Of a DNA stretch of 39,395 nucleotides, positions 16,455 to 26,573 are shown piece after piece. The position numbers and the translations under genes are program-made. The DNA comes from a virus (taxonomy: Duplodnaviria > Caudoviricetes), in IMG/VR virus record IMGVR_UViG_3300040985_000999, positions 1-39,395 of that record. One strand, 5' to 3'. Each line of letters opens with the position of its first letter. The first letter of the stretch is position 1. The notes under the pieces were generated by a model, which saw nothing but the letters and a program-made list of their open reading frames with translations, searched no databases and was not told the origin of the DNA.

Positions 16455-16616
16455 ATGGCGAGCCTCGCACGCAAAGAACCCTCCGGCACGCTGCTCGGCG
16501 GTGAGGAGGAGGTCTCCTACCCAACGCTGTGGCTGACCGGCAGTCAGGTTGAGGCGTTGGGCCTGTGGGCGCACGACGTCGGCGGGACCTCCCAGATGAC
16601 CGCGACGATCCGCTAG
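16455..16616 (+). CDS. Small hypothetical protein (53 aa; not in the ORF track)
   Basis: MASLARKEPSGTLLGGEEEVSYPTLWLTGSQVEALGL...; exactly fills the gap before the portal SD. Confidence 0.6.
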   Translation: MASLARKEPSGTLLGGEEEVSYPTLWLTGSQVEALGLWAHDVGGTSQMTATIR

Positions 16617-16625
16617 GAGAAGCCC

Positions 16626-18362
16626 ATGCCATTGATCAGCCCTTCCAGCGTCAAAGACAGCATCCCGCCCAACTCGAAGAAGGGCGCGATGCTCCGCCGG
16701 TACGTTGGCCTTGAGAACGACCGTACCTCGTGGCGCAACCATTGGATGGAGATCACTGACTACCTGCACCCACGCAGGGGCCGGTATCTGTACGAGACGG
16801 CGAACACGCGGGGCCGCAAGCGGTCCAGCAAGATCATCGATAGCACAGGAACGCAAGCTCTGCGGACCATGGCTGCGGGCATGATGTCTGGCATGACCAG
16901 TCCGGCCCGGCCATGGTTTCGGTTCACGGTGGCCGACGACGCCCTGATGGACCGGCACGAGGTCAAGGTCTGGTTGGCCGAGGTCGAGCGCATCACCCGC
17001 GCCACGCTGCAAAAGTCCAACTTCTATAACAGCGCCTTCACGATCTACAGTGAGCTGGGCGCGTTCGGCACCGCTCCGCTCTACCGTCAGCGATCCTTCG
17101 ATAGCGTGATCCGGTTTCGACCCTTCACCGCTGGCGAGTACGTCATCGCTGAAGACGAGGACGGCAACGTCGATACGCTGGGCCGCTCCTTCACCATGAC
17201 CGTCAGTCAGGTCGTCCAGAAGTTTGTCATGGCGACCGGCAAGGAGGACTGGACCGGCGTCACCAGAGCGACCCGGAACCTGTGGAACCAGAAAAACTAT
17301 GATGAGCTGATCCCCGTCGTTCACATGATCGCGCCTCGACGTAAGTCAGACCGCGACCTGAACAGTCAGCGTGCGACCGACATGCCGATCCAGTCGGCGT
17401 ACATGGAGGAAGGCTCCGAGAACGACGACATGCTGTTCGAGGGCGGCTTCGAGACATTCCCCGCCTACATCCCTCGCTGGGACGTGCTGCCGGGCGACGT
17501 CTACGGACGGTCGCCGGGCATGGACAGCCTTGGTGACATCAAGCAGCTCCAGCAACAACAGAAGCGCAAGGCGCAGGCCATCGACAAGATGGTCAACCCG
17601 CCCATGACCGCGCCGACCTCTCTGAAGAACAAGCCATCGACCGTGCTGCCCGGCGGCACGACCTACGTGGATCCGGTCCAAGGCGGCCAGTCGTTCGTCC
17701 CCGCTTACACCGTGCAGCCTCGGCTGAACGAGATGCTGCTCGACATCCAAGAGGTGCAAGATCGCATCCAGCGGGGCTTCTATGCTGACCTCTTCGCAAT
17801 GATGATTAATTCGGACCGGCGTAACATCACCGCCACCGAGGTCGTCGCCAAGGAAGAGGAGAAGCTGGTCCTGCTTGGGCCTGTGCTACAGCGGCTGAAC
17901 GTCGAGCTGCTCGATCCGTTGTTGGATGATGTGTTCACATTTCAACTGGAGGCGGGTCTCCTCCCTGAACCTCCAGAGGCCTTGGAGAACCAACCGCTCA
18001 AGATCGAGTATGTCAGCCTCTTGGCGCAGGCCCAACAGGCTGTCGCCGCGACTTCCCTCGAACGAACGATGGGCTTCACCGGCAACATGGTCGCCGTCTT
18101 CCCTGATGTCGTCGATAACGTGGACCCCGACGTGGCTGTCCGACAGTACGCCGAGATATTGGGCAACTCGCCGGACCTCATGCGCGACAGCAAGGCCGTG
18201 GCCCAGATACGCAAGCAGCGGGCCGAGCAGCAACAAGCCGAGCAGATGGCCGCCGTCGCAGGGCAGGCCGCGCAGGGGGCCAAGGTCTTGAGCGAGACCG
18301 ACACCCAGAACCCGAATGCACTGACAGACCTGTTAGGTCGAGGAGCGTCCGTTGTCGGATAA
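16626..18362 (+). CDS. Portal (T7-like head-to-tail connector)
   Basis: SGMTSPARPWF, ELGAFGTA, YGRSPGM..LGDIKQLQ, TATEV...EEKLVLLGPVLQRL, IEYVSLLAQAQ. Confidence 0.93.
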   Translation: MPLISPSSVKDSIPPNSKKGAMLRRYVGLENDRTSWRNHWMEITDYLHPRRGRYLYETANTRGRKRSSKIIDSTGTQALRTMAAGMMSGMTSPARPWFRFTVADDALMDRHEVKVWLAEVERITRATLQKSNFYNSAFTIYSELGAFGTAPLYRQRSFDSVIRFRPFTAGEYVIAEDEDGNVDTLGRSFTMTVSQVVQKFVMATGKEDWTGVTRATRNLWNQKNYDELIPVVHMIAPRRKSDRDLNSQRATDMPIQSAYMEEGSENDDMLFEGGFETFPAYIPRWDVLPGDVYGRSPGMDSLGDIKQLQQQQKRKAQAIDKMVNPPMTAPTSLKNKPSTVLPGGTTYVDPVQGGQSFVPAYTVQPRLNEMLLDIQEVQDRIQRGFYADLFAMMINSDRRNITATEVVAKEEEKLVLLGPVLQRLNVELLDPLLDDVFTFQLEAGLLPEPPEALENQPLKIEYVSLLAQAQQAVAATSLERTMGFTGNMVAVFPDVVDNVDPDVAVRQYAEILGNSPDLMRDSKAVAQIRKQRAEQQQAEQMAAVAGQAAQGAKVLSETDTQNPNALTDLLGRGASVVG

Positions 18363-18651
18363 TTATGACGCAAGTGACCCGGAGCAGGTCAAGGCCGCCG
18401 AGGACCTCCAGCTCGACATGGAGAAAGACCTCGAAGCGATCATGCGGATGCCGCGAGGCCGTCGCTGGCTGCACGAGTTCCTGTATGGACCCTGCCACAT
18501 TGGCAGTCCGAGTTTCGTGCCGGGAGACCCGGCATGTACGAGTTTCAATGAGGGGGCGAGGAGCGTTGGCAACGCCCTGAACGAGAAGCTGCGGGCGACC
18601 AGCCCAAAGCTATATCTCACAATGCTAGAGGAGAACCATTTCGATGACTGA
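18352..18651 (+). CDS. Conserved head-module protein (Bbp19-like)
   Basis: PRGRRWL...SFNEGARSVG motif; position between portal and scaffold. Confidence 0.75.
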   Translation: MSDNYDASDPEQVKAAEDLQLDMEKDLEAIMRMPRGRRWLHEFLYGPCHIGSPSFVPGDPACTSFNEGARSVGNALNEKLRATSPKLYLTMLEENHFDD

Positions 18652-19381
18652 TACAGAAACAGATGAAGGCACCGGTGATGCAAGCGGCGACGAAGAGGGC
18701 GCTGCGGCTACTGAGGCTGCACGCGTCGCTGAAGCTGCGGCTGCTGCTTCGGGCGAAGGCGAAGGCGCGGCCACTGGTGACGAGAAAAACGCGGCCGGCG
18801 AGGGTGCCGGGTCCGTAGCAGATACCAAAACCTTGCTGTCGGATGACGGAGGTGATGGAGAAGGGGGTGCGCCGTCCAAGTACGCGTTCACCCCACCTGA
18901 AGGCCTCGACATTGAAATCAATGAACAGGTCCAAGGACAGTTGGATGCATTCGCAGATCAAGCGAAGGTGCAGGGCCTGACGCAGGACCAGTACCAGAGC
19001 CTCGTCGAGTGGGACATCCAGCGCGGTCGAGATGCGGTTGAAGCCGCAGCGACCAGTTATCAGGAACGCATGGAAGGATGGGCTGACGCCACACGAACCG
19101 ACAAGGTACTCGGAGGTGAGGACCTCGCGCAGAACTTGGCGGTGGCGAACGTCACTATGGACAAGTACGCCGACGCAGAGCTTCGCGCCCTGTTCGACAA
19201 GCCGTCCAAGGAGAACCCGGAAGGCTTCGGCCTTGGGAACCATCCAGCCGTCTTGCGCTTCCTCCACCTCGTTGGGAAAGATTTGTCGGAAGGTGGTGCG
19301 CTGATCGAGGGCGGAGACGCTCCCACGACAGATGACAGCCTCCGGCGCATGTATCCCAGCATGTTCAAAGAAGCCAGCTAG
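18644..19381 (+). CDS. Capsid assembly/scaffold protein
   Basis: Acidic N-terminus, GLTQDQ, GLGNHPAVLRFL..VGK.LSE; directly upstream of the capsid gene. Confidence 0.8.
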   Translation: MTDTETDEGTGDASGDEEGAAATEAARVAEAAAAASGEGEGAATGDEKNAAGEGAGSVADTKTLLSDDGGDGEGGAPSKYAFTPPEGLDIEINEQVQGQLDAFADQAKVQGLTQDQYQSLVEWDIQRGRDAVEAAATSYQERMEGWADATRTDKVLGGEDLAQNLAVANVTMDKYADAELRALFDKPSKENPEGFGLGNHPAVLRFLHLVGKDLSEGGALIEGGDAPTTDDSLRRMYPSMFKEAS

Positions 19382-19396
19382 GAAAGGAGCCTAACC

Positions 19397-20395
19397 ATGG
19401 CCACACTGGCAGTAACCAACCCGACCTTGGCGGACCTCGCCAAAGTCACCGACCCCGACGGCAGCATCGCTGACGTGGTCGAAATCCTAAACGCCACGAA
19501 CGAAGTCCTCACGGATATGTCGTTCATGGAAGGCAACCTGACGACTGGACACCGCTCGTCCATTCGCTCCGGCCTGCCCACTCCGACATGGCGTAAAATG
19601 TACGGCGGCGTTCAGCCAACCAAGAGCCGCAGCGTTCAGGTGACGGACAACGCGGGGATGATGGAAGACTATGCAGAAGTCGATGCCGCCCTTGTTGGGA
19701 TGGCCGGAGACCCTGCCGCCTTCCGCCTTCAGGAGGACCGTCCTCACATTGAAGGTATGAACCAAGAGTTTGCTTCCACGCTGTTCTACGGCGATGAAAG
19801 CACGGCTCCTGAAGAGTTCACTGGGCTGTCGCCTCGTTACAACTCTTTGACCGCCGAAAACGGGGACAACATCATTGATGGGGCGGGGAGCGGGTCCGAC
19901 AATGCGTCGATCTGGCTGATTTGCTGGTCACCGAATACGCTCCATGGGATCATCCCAAAAGGGTCGACGGCTGGCATTCGTCAGCGCGATCTGGGCGAAG
20001 TCACCATCGAAGACGCTGACGGCTCGAATGGCCGGATGCAAGCGTTCCGCACGCACTACCGCTGGGACGTGGGCCTCACCGTCCGCGACTGGCGCTATGC
20101 TGTTCGGATCGCGAACATCGACCGCTCTGCATTGTTGGCCACGGCGGCGACGGGTGCCGACCTGAACGACCTCATGCACCAAGCGTGGACCGAGCTGCCG
20201 AGTACGGCGGCGGGTCGCTGCTCGTGGTACATGGACAAGTCGATCTTGTCGATGCTCCGGCGTCAGACGGCCAACGCGGTCTCCAGCTCGACCCTCTCGG
20301 TCGATATGGTGGGCGGCACGATGCAGACCTCGTGGGGTGGTATTCCCATCCGACGCTGCGATGCGTTGCGGCCTGACGAAGCGGCGGTCACCTGA
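19397..20395 (+). CDS. Major capsid protein (BPP-1 Bbp17-like)
   Basis: TLADLAK..DPDG, GLPTPTWRK, FTGLSPRYN, GLTVRDWRYAVRIANID, GIPIRRCDAL; AAGGAG SD. Confidence 0.92.
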   Translation: MATLAVTNPTLADLAKVTDPDGSIADVVEILNATNEVLTDMSFMEGNLTTGHRSSIRSGLPTPTWRKMYGGVQPTKSRSVQVTDNAGMMEDYAEVDAALVGMAGDPAAFRLQEDRPHIEGMNQEFASTLFYGDESTAPEEFTGLSPRYNSLTAENGDNIIDGAGSGSDNASIWLICWSPNTLHGIIPKGSTAGIRQRDLGEVTIEDADGSNGRMQAFRTHYRWDVGLTVRDWRYAVRIANIDRSALLATAATGADLNDLMHQAWTELPSTAAGRCSWYMDKSILSMLRRQTANAVSSSTLSVDMVGGTMQTSWGGIPIRRCDALRPDEAAVT

Positions 20396-20436
20396 TCACG
20401 TCGTAAACCTCTAGTCCAAACGAAAGGAGCCTTAAA

Positions 20437-20928
20437 ATGGGTATCTTGGACGAACGCCTTGAGTTCTGCGACGAGGTCGATGTTTCCGCTGCGGCGGGAA
20501 CGGCCTTGGTCGGAGATGTTATCGATCTTGGTGCAGCCGGGGAGGATATCGGGAATGGGCAGCCGCTCTATCTCGTGATCCGCACTGGTTCCACAGAGAT
20601 CATCACTGGTGGCTCTGCGGGGACTTTGCAGTTCCAGCTCGCCTCGGACAGCACCGCAGCCATCTCCACGGACGGGACGGCGACGGAGCATCTGATCACC
20701 CAGAACTATGTCACTGATGACGCCAGCAACAACTCTGCGGAGTTCAACGCTGGTGGGATCATTTACATGGGGGCGATCCCAGCCGGGACCGTCAACAACT
20801 ACGAGCGTTACCTTGGCATCCTCGCTGTGACGGCGACGACGACCACGACGGCGGGCACGATCAATGCCTTCCTGACGCTTGATCCGCACATGGCAGCCGG
20901 GAAGAGCTATCCTGACGCCGTGAACTAA
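20437..20928 (+). CDS. Capsid cement/decoration protein (Bbp16-like)
   Basis: ILD..L.F, DVIDLG....G.G.PLYLVI, ERYL, AGTINAFLT; follows the capsid gene. Confidence 0.8.
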   Translation: MGILDERLEFCDEVDVSAAAGTALVGDVIDLGAAGEDIGNGQPLYLVIRTGSTEIITGGSAGTLQFQLASDSTAAISTDGTATEHLITQNYVTDDASNNSAEFNAGGIIYMGAIPAGTVNNYERYLGILAVTATTTTTAGTINAFLTLDPHMAAGKSYPDAVN

Positions 20929-20944
20929 GAATAGGGCTTGCGGG

Positions 20945-20974
20945 ACGATTGGCTGCCAACTGGCAGCCAATCGT
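20945..20974. repeat. Perfect 14-bp inverted repeat without U-tract
   Basis: ACGATTGGCTGCCA-AC-TGGCAGCCAATCGT. Confidence 0.85.
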
Positions 20975-21003
20975 TGCCTCCCACCTAATGAAGGAGAAGT
21001 CAC

Positions 21004-21801
21004 ATGGCTTCATTTACCGCCGTTGGCGATACAGTAGAGTTACAAACATACGACAAGGGCGATACCGTTCGGATCGCCCTGTCCGGCACCTACGCCATGA
21101 CCATCACCTTGCAGTTGGAGCAGGGCGCTCCCGGTTCGGGTTCATGGTCAACACTGAAGACGGTGTCCGGCGCGGCTAACGCCACGGTCGCCATCGATCA
21201 CACGACCACCGACTACAATCAGAAGCTCCGGCTTTTGGTCACGGTTGACACCTCCGGCACTTGCACAGCGACCTTGACGAACACGTCCAACCAGACGGTC
21301 AAGGAGTTCAAGGATCGGGTCGGTAATGCGTTGATGACCTTGTCGCAGAAGTTCACCAAAATTCATGGTGGGCTGGTGCGAGCATCGGGAGCCATCGTCA
21401 ATACGACGGCGGCGTTGACGCTCACTGAGAAGGCGCACGCGGGTCGCATCGTCACTCTGAACTCGACCACGGGCCGGGCGATCACCCTGCCGGAGGCGAC
21501 GGGGACAGGCAACGTCTACACGATCTTCGTGGGGACGACGGTATCGTCGGGCAGCCACACCGTTGTGGCTCCATCGGCGGCGACGTCGTTCATCGGTGGC
21601 GTCGGTATATCGACCGACATCGCGGGTGTGACGATCCTCGCCAACACGGGCGACGATACCATCACCATGTCCGGTTCAACGACCGGCGGCGTGTTGGGAT
21701 CGTGGGTCCGCTTCACGGACGTGGCGTCAGGCATCTTCATGCTTGAAGGCTTCCTGTGCGCCACGGGCCACGAGGCTGATCCGTTCAGCGCCGGTGTCTA
21801 G
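21004..21801 (+). CDS. Thr/Gly-rich virion surface protein (head spike/decoration-like)
   Basis: Beta-strand-like T/G/S-rich sequence, AITLPEATG motif, AAGGAG SD, head-module position. Confidence 0.65.
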   Translation: MASFTAVGDTVELQTYDKGDTVRIALSGTYAMTITLQLEQGAPGSGSWSTLKTVSGAANATVAIDHTTTDYNQKLRLLVTVDTSGTCTATLTNTSNQTVKEFKDRVGNALMTLSQKFTKIHGGLVRASGAIVNTTAALTLTEKAHAGRIVTLNSTTGRAITLPEATGTGNVYTIFVGTTVSSGSHTVVAPSAATSFIGGVGISTDIAGVTILANTGDDTITMSGSTTGGVLGSWVRFTDVASGIFMLEGFLCATGHEADPFSAGV

Positions 21802-21809
21802 AAACCAAC

Positions 21810-21845
21810 CGGCGGTGTCTGCTCGGACACCGCCGACTTTTCTTT
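21810..21845 (+). terminator. Intrinsic terminator after the head genes
   Basis: CGGCGGTGTC-TGCTCG-GACACCGCCG followed by ACTTTTCTTT. Confidence 0.8.
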
Positions 21846-21857
21846 GAGGAGAATAAA

Positions 21858-22190
21858 ATGGCTGCAAGATATATGGACGTTCAGTTCAAGAACCCGTTCT
21901 ACCATAACCGGTTTGGGTTGCTGGGCGACGCTGACGACAAGACGACGATCTATACGCTTCCCGACAATACGATCCTACCCAGTTCGGCGCGGGTGGTGAA
22001 GGGCGTGAGCCTGCACCGCAAGGCCGAGGGGATCGAGGAGCCGGAAGCGGAAGAGATCGATGAGGACCCTGAATACGACGAGGGCGAGCCGGATCGGGTC
22101 ACGCCGGTCGAGGGTGAAGACAAAGAAGTCGAGGCCCCGATCAAGAAGCGGGCCGCGCCCAAGAAGCAGGCCAAAGCCCAAGCTAAGTAG
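21858..22190 (+). CDS. Hypothetical protein with acidic then basic tail
   Basis: GAGGAG SD; 110 aa. Confidence 0.75.
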   Translation: MAARYMDVQFKNPFYHNRFGLLGDADDKTTIYTLPDNTILPSSARVVKGVSLHRKAEGIEEPEAEEIDEDPEYDEGEPDRVTPVEGEDKEVEAPIKKRAAPKKQAKAQAK

Positions 22191-22200
22191 GAGCTGAACC

Positions 22201-22791
22201 ATGGCGTCAGACGTACAGATCGCGAAGCTGGCTCTCCAGCATATTGGGGACCGGTTTGATATATCCGCCCTGACCGAGCAGTCGGTCGAGGCGGAGCAGG
22301 TCAACCTGATCTTCGACGACACGCGGGACTGGCTGCTTCGGCAGCACCCGTGGAACTTCGCGACCAAGTACGTCTCGCCTGCGGCCCTGTCAGGGACACC
22401 ACCGGCGCTCTACGACTATATGTACACCTACCCAACGGACGCTGTGCGGATCATCTCCATCACCGATCCTCTGGGCGTTAACACCATCATCAAATTTGAG
22501 GTGGCCCGGAACAGCGACAACACGCGGGTCATCCTGACCGACCAGATTGAGCCGGAGTTCAAATACACCTACCGGGAGACAACCAGCTCGCACTTCGACC
22601 CGGAGTTCACCATGGCGTTCACCTACGCCTTGGCGGCGAAGCTGGCCATGCCACTAGTGGGGGATAGGGAGCTGGCCTCCGACATGGACCTGAAGGCGCA
22701 GAGGATCATCAGCGCCGCCGAGGAGACCGACAGCAACGAAGGCTTCGCGGAGGAGGCCCCGGACGCCGACTGGATCACAGCGAGGCTTTAG
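22201..22791 (+). CDS. Tail adaptor (tail tubular protein A-like)
   Basis: IAKLAL.HIG, LLRQHPWNFA, Y.YPTD..RI, FDPEF..A...ALAAKLA.PL. Confidence 0.85.
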   Translation: MASDVQIAKLALQHIGDRFDISALTEQSVEAEQVNLIFDDTRDWLLRQHPWNFATKYVSPAALSGTPPALYDYMYTYPTDAVRIISITDPLGVNTIIKFEVARNSDNTRVILTDQIEPEFKYTYRETTSSHFDPEFTMAFTYALAAKLAMPLVGDRELASDMDLKAQRIISAAEETDSNEGFAEEAPDADWITARL

Positions 22792-25587
22792 ATGACGAGG
22801 GTCATACAATCAGCGTTGAACGGCGGCGAGGTCTCTATCGCTGTCGGCGCTCGCGTCGATATCGACAAGTACAAGACCAGTCTGGAGGAGTGCGAGAACT
22901 TCTTCGTGCAGGTCCACGGTGGCGTCTCTAATCGCAGCGGCTTCGAGTTCGTATGCGAGGCCAAGAGCGGCACCCTTTCGACGCGGATCATCCCCTTCGA
23001 GTTCAACATCGAGCAGACCTACATCATCGAGTTGGGCAATCTGTACATGCGGTTCATCAAGGACGGCGGGCAGATACTGAATGACCAGATCGTCGAGACC
23101 ATCACCGCGATCACCGCCGCCGAGCCGCCGGTCGTCACGGTCACTGGGCACAGCCTGACTGATGGGGACGCCGTCTTCATTGCTGACGTCACCGGCATGA
23201 CCCAGCTCAATGGCCGCACCTTCCTCGTCGCCAACAGCACAGCCAACACCATCGAGCTGACCGACTTCGATGGCACCGATATCGATGCGTCTGCCTACAC
23301 GGCGTACAGTGCCGCAGGGACGGCGACGCAGGTCTATCAAATCACGACGCCCTACACGACAGCGCAGCTCTTCGCGCTCAAGTTCGTGCAGAGCGCCGAC
23401 GTGATGACGATCACCCACCCGCTCCATGAACCCGCCGAGCTGACCCGCACCGATCACGACGTGTGGACGTTGAGCGACATCACCTTCGCACCGGCGCAGG
23501 CACACCCGGAGGCGGTCGCATCCGCCGCGACAACGACAGGCGCGGTGACCGAGAAGTATGTGGTGACCGCCGTCAGTCGAGACACCGGAGAGGAGAGCCT
23601 GCGCGGGGTGTCCGGCACGACCACGACGATCACCGCAGCCACTAAAGCCAACCCTGTTGTCATCACCGCCGCCGGGCACCCCTTGAGTGATCTGGACGAG
23701 GTGTTCATCACCGGCGTCGGAGGCATGACAGAGCTGAACGGCAAACGGTTCCGCGTCTCCAATAAGACGGCGAACACCTTCGAGCTTCAGACCTTCGACA
23801 AGGTGGACCTCGACGGCAGCAACTACACGACGTACACCACGGGCGGCACGGCAGCGGCGACGTACACGGTCATCTCGAACAGCGCCGTGACCAAGGACAA
23901 TGTGATTACATGGACCGACCTCCCCACCGCCGAGAGCTATAATATCTACAATGAGAAGGACGGCGTGTTTGGCTTCATTGGTCGGTCGGAGATCGATAGT
24001 TTCACCGACAACAACATCTCGCCAGACCTGACCGACACGCCGCCCAAGGCCCGCGACCCTTTTATGAGCGCAGGCGACTACCCTGCCGCTGTCGGTTACC
24101 ATCAGCAACGTCGCGGCTTCGCAGCGGGCACCAACAACCCGCAGCAACTCAACCTGACGCAGGTCGCCAACCATTTCAATCTGACGGTGTCCAGTCCCTC
24201 CAAGGACGACGACGCGATCCAAGTAACCATCGCCAGCCGCAAGGTGAACGAAATCCGCTGGCTGGTCGATCTGGGCGACCTGATCCTCCTGACCTCCGGC
24301 GGCGAGTGGAAGGTCTCCGGCGTCGATGGCGTCATCACTCCATCAGGCATCCAGATCGAGCCGCAGTCTTATTATGGGTCCGAGGAGATACCGCCGATCA
24401 CGGCAGGCGATGTCGTCATCTTCATGCAGCCCGGCTGGACGGTTCGCGACCTGACCTACAAATTCGAGACCGACGCTTATAGCGGCAACGATATCTCGGT
24501 GCTGGCCCGGCACCTATTCGACTTCAACTCCTTCACCGACTGGGCATACGCGCAGGCCCCGCACTCCATGATCTGGGCGGCGCGGGACGACGGCGTCATG
24601 CTGGCGATGACCTACAGCCGCGAGCAGGAGGTGTTCGCTTGGACCCGGCAGACGACCTTGGGCGACTTCAAATCGGTCGCGTCGGTTCGTGAGGGCGACG
24701 ATGACTACGTCTACGCGGTGGTGCAGCGGACGGTTGGAACCCGCACCGTCCAGTTTATCGAGCGGCTGCATAATCACGACATCAAGGATGTGCAGGACGC
24801 CTTCCATGTGGACAGCGGATTGAGCCTCGACACGCCGTTCACGATCACCGGCTTCACACAGGCCGATCCCATTGTGGTCACGACCGCCACGGCGCACGGC
24901 TTCTCGAACAGCGACACCGTCGATATTTCGGATATCAAGGTGGCCAGCACGGCGGCGGGCGACGTGCAGGGTTGGAAGCAATCCACCGAGCTGGACGGCT
25001 TCGGGTACACCGTCGCCAACGTCACCTCGACCACCTTCGAGGTGCAGCTCAACGGCGTGAACGTGGACGGCACCGGGTTCGACGCATACGACCAAGGAGG
25101 CAAGGTCAGGAAGGCGGTCACCGCCATCTCCGGCCTCTGGCATCTGGAAGGGGAGACCATCGTCGGACTTGCTAATGGCTATGCCACTGGGGAACTGACC
25201 GTCGCCAGCGGAGCAGTGACAATCCCCAACGCGGCTAGCCGGGTGCATCTCGGCCTCCCCTTTCAGTCCCAAATTAAGACCTTGCGTCTAGACGCAGGAA
25301 ACGCCACAGACAGTATTCAAGGCCGGAATAAGAAACTGAGCCGGTTGGCGGTGCGGTTGGAGAAGACCATGGGTCTGTGGGTCGGCCCGGACCTCGACCA
25401 CATGCACGAGGCCAAGTTCGGCCTGCCTCTGCTCTACGGTCAGGTCCTCAACATGATCGATGGCGACAAGGACGTAACCATGGGTCCGAGCTGGAACAAG
25501 GAGGGGCAGGTCATTTTGCAACAACGCGATCCGCTGCCTTGCACGATCTTGAGCCTGATCCCCGACGTCTACCTTGGGGGAAACTGA
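22792..25587 (+). CDS. Tail nozzle (tail tubular protein B-like) with three inserted repeat domains
   Basis: QSALNGGEVS, IIPFEFN, VQSADVM, QEVFAWTR; three IT.IT.A.P.VVT..GH.L.D.D.V.I repeats. Confidence 0.88.
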   Translation: MTRVIQSALNGGEVSIAVGARVDIDKYKTSLEECENFFVQVHGGVSNRSGFEFVCEAKSGTLSTRIIPFEFNIEQTYIIELGNLYMRFIKDGGQILNDQIVETITAITAAEPPVVTVTGHSLTDGDAVFIADVTGMTQLNGRTFLVANSTANTIELTDFDGTDIDASAYTAYSAAGTATQVYQITTPYTTAQLFALKFVQSADVMTITHPLHEPAELTRTDHDVWTLSDITFAPAQAHPEAVASAATTTGAVTEKYVVTAVSRDTGEESLRGVSGTTTTITAATKANPVVITAAGHPLSDLDEVFITGVGGMTELNGKRFRVSNKTANTFELQTFDKVDLDGSNYTTYTTGGTAAATYTVISNSAVTKDNVITWTDLPTAESYNIYNEKDGVFGFIGRSEIDSFTDNNISPDLTDTPPKARDPFMSAGDYPAAVGYHQQRRGFAAGTNNPQQLNLTQVANHFNLTVSSPSKDDDAIQVTIASRKVNEIRWLVDLGDLILLTSGGEWKVSGVDGVITPSGIQIEPQSYYGSEEIPPITAGDVVIFMQPGWTVRDLTYKFETDAYSGNDISVLARHLFDFNSFTDWAYAQAPHSMIWAARDDGVMLAMTYSREQEVFAWTRQTTLGDFKSVASVREGDDDYVYAVVQRTVGTRTVQFIERLHNHDIKDVQDAFHVDSGLSLDTPFTITGFTQADPIVVTTATAHGFSNSDTVDISDIKVASTAAGDVQGWKQSTELDGFGYTVANVTSTTFEVQLNGVNVDGTGFDAYDQGGKVRKAVTAISGLWHLEGETIVGLANGYATGELTVASGAVTIPNAASRVHLGLPFQSQIKTLRLDAGNATDSIQGRNKKLSRLAVRLEKTMGLWVGPDLDHMHEAKFGLPLLYGQVLNMIDGDKDVTMGPSWNKEGQVILQQRDPLPCTILSLIPDVYLGGN

Positions 25588-26036
25588 TGATTCGTAAAAT
25601 GCTCCTCGCTGACGTGGAGAAGGTGGTGGTGCTGGGCGCGGTCATGCACGCCGAGAGTATGCTGTCCGCGTGGCCCCTCAACCTTGAACGGGCGCTGGCC
25701 GTCCTCGAAGGGACGCTGGGGCTGGACACGACCTTCGCCTATGTCTCGGAGGAGGAGAACGGCGACATCACCGGGGCGCTGATCGGGGAGCTATCCATGC
25801 ACATGGTGGTCGATGTCCAGATCGCCACGGAGCATCTCTTCTATGTGGACCCGGAGGCGCGAGGCGGCTTCGCCGCTGTCCGGTTGATCGACGCCTTTGA
25901 CACGTGGGCTACCCTTGTGGGGGCCAGCCTGATCAGCATCCAAGTGGACGCTGGGATCAATAACGACCGCACTATGGACTTCCTTCATCGTCAGGGCTTT
26001 GCGGATCATGGCGTGTACATGACGAGGGAGGTGTAA
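25587..26036 (+). CDS. GNAT-family acetyltransferase-like virion-module protein
   Basis: MIRKM...D, FYVDPEARGG..A.RLI, FL.R.GF; TGATG overlap. Confidence 0.8.
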   Translation: MIRKMLLADVEKVVVLGAVMHAESMLSAWPLNLERALAVLEGTLGLDTTFAYVSEEENGDITGALIGELSMHMVVDVQIATEHLFYVDPEARGGFAAVRLIDAFDTWATLVGASLISIQVDAGINNDRTMDFLHRQGFADHGVYMTREV

Positions 26037-26037
26037 C

Positions 26038-26565
26038 ATGGGCGTAGCAATGGCAGGCATGGCTCTTTCAGCCATGAGTGCGATCTCCGGTGCCGTGGCG
26101 GCCCGACAGCAATCCCAAGCACGGCAGGATCAGGCCAACTATCAGGCCGCCGTCCAGCGGAACAACGCCATCATCGCCCGGCAGGACGCCGAGGCGATCC
26201 GCAAGCGGACCGCGGTCAAGGAGGCCGACCGGAAGCTCCTCGGAGAGGGCACCATTAGTGGAGCTAGAGCGCAGCAAGCGTCGCAAGGCTTCCTCGTGGA
26301 TGATGCGTCGGTTGGGGCGACCAACACGAGCCTGCTCGCGGACATCAGGGAGCAGACCGCGATAGATGTCGCCCGCATCAAGGACCAAGGCGATCTGGAT
26401 ATCCGGGCGACGCTGATTGGCGCGAGCAACTCGGAGGCGCAGGCAGGCCTACTCGACCTCAAGGCCGATCAGGAGAACCCCGGACTGGCCGGAGGCGCGA
26501 CGCTGCTCGCGGGCGCGGCCAAGACCATCAGCGTCGGCAAGAGCCTCGGCGCGTTCAAGGGATAG
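26038..26565 (+). CDS. Small internal virion (ejection) protein
   Basis: Hydrophobic A/G-rich termini, central Q/A-rich helix; position equivalent to T7 gp14. Confidence 0.7.
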   Translation: MGVAMAGMALSAMSAISGAVAARQQSQARQDQANYQAAVQRNNAIIARQDAEAIRKRTAVKEADRKLLGEGTISGARAQQASQGFLVDDASVGATNTSLLADIREQTAIDVARIKDQGDLDIRATLIGASNSEAQAGLLDLKADQENPGLAGGATLLAGAAKTISVGKSLGAFKG

Positions 26566-26573
26566 GGGGCATC

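Noticed and set aside
20393-20440. Capsid stop read-through or frameshift into the cement gene
   Set aside because: The cement gene is out of frame, no slippery site is evident, and it has its own SD
25587-26036. GNAT as a toxin or novel accessory gene
   Set aside because: A GNAT-like gene between the nozzle and ejection proteins is a usual feature of this type of virion module
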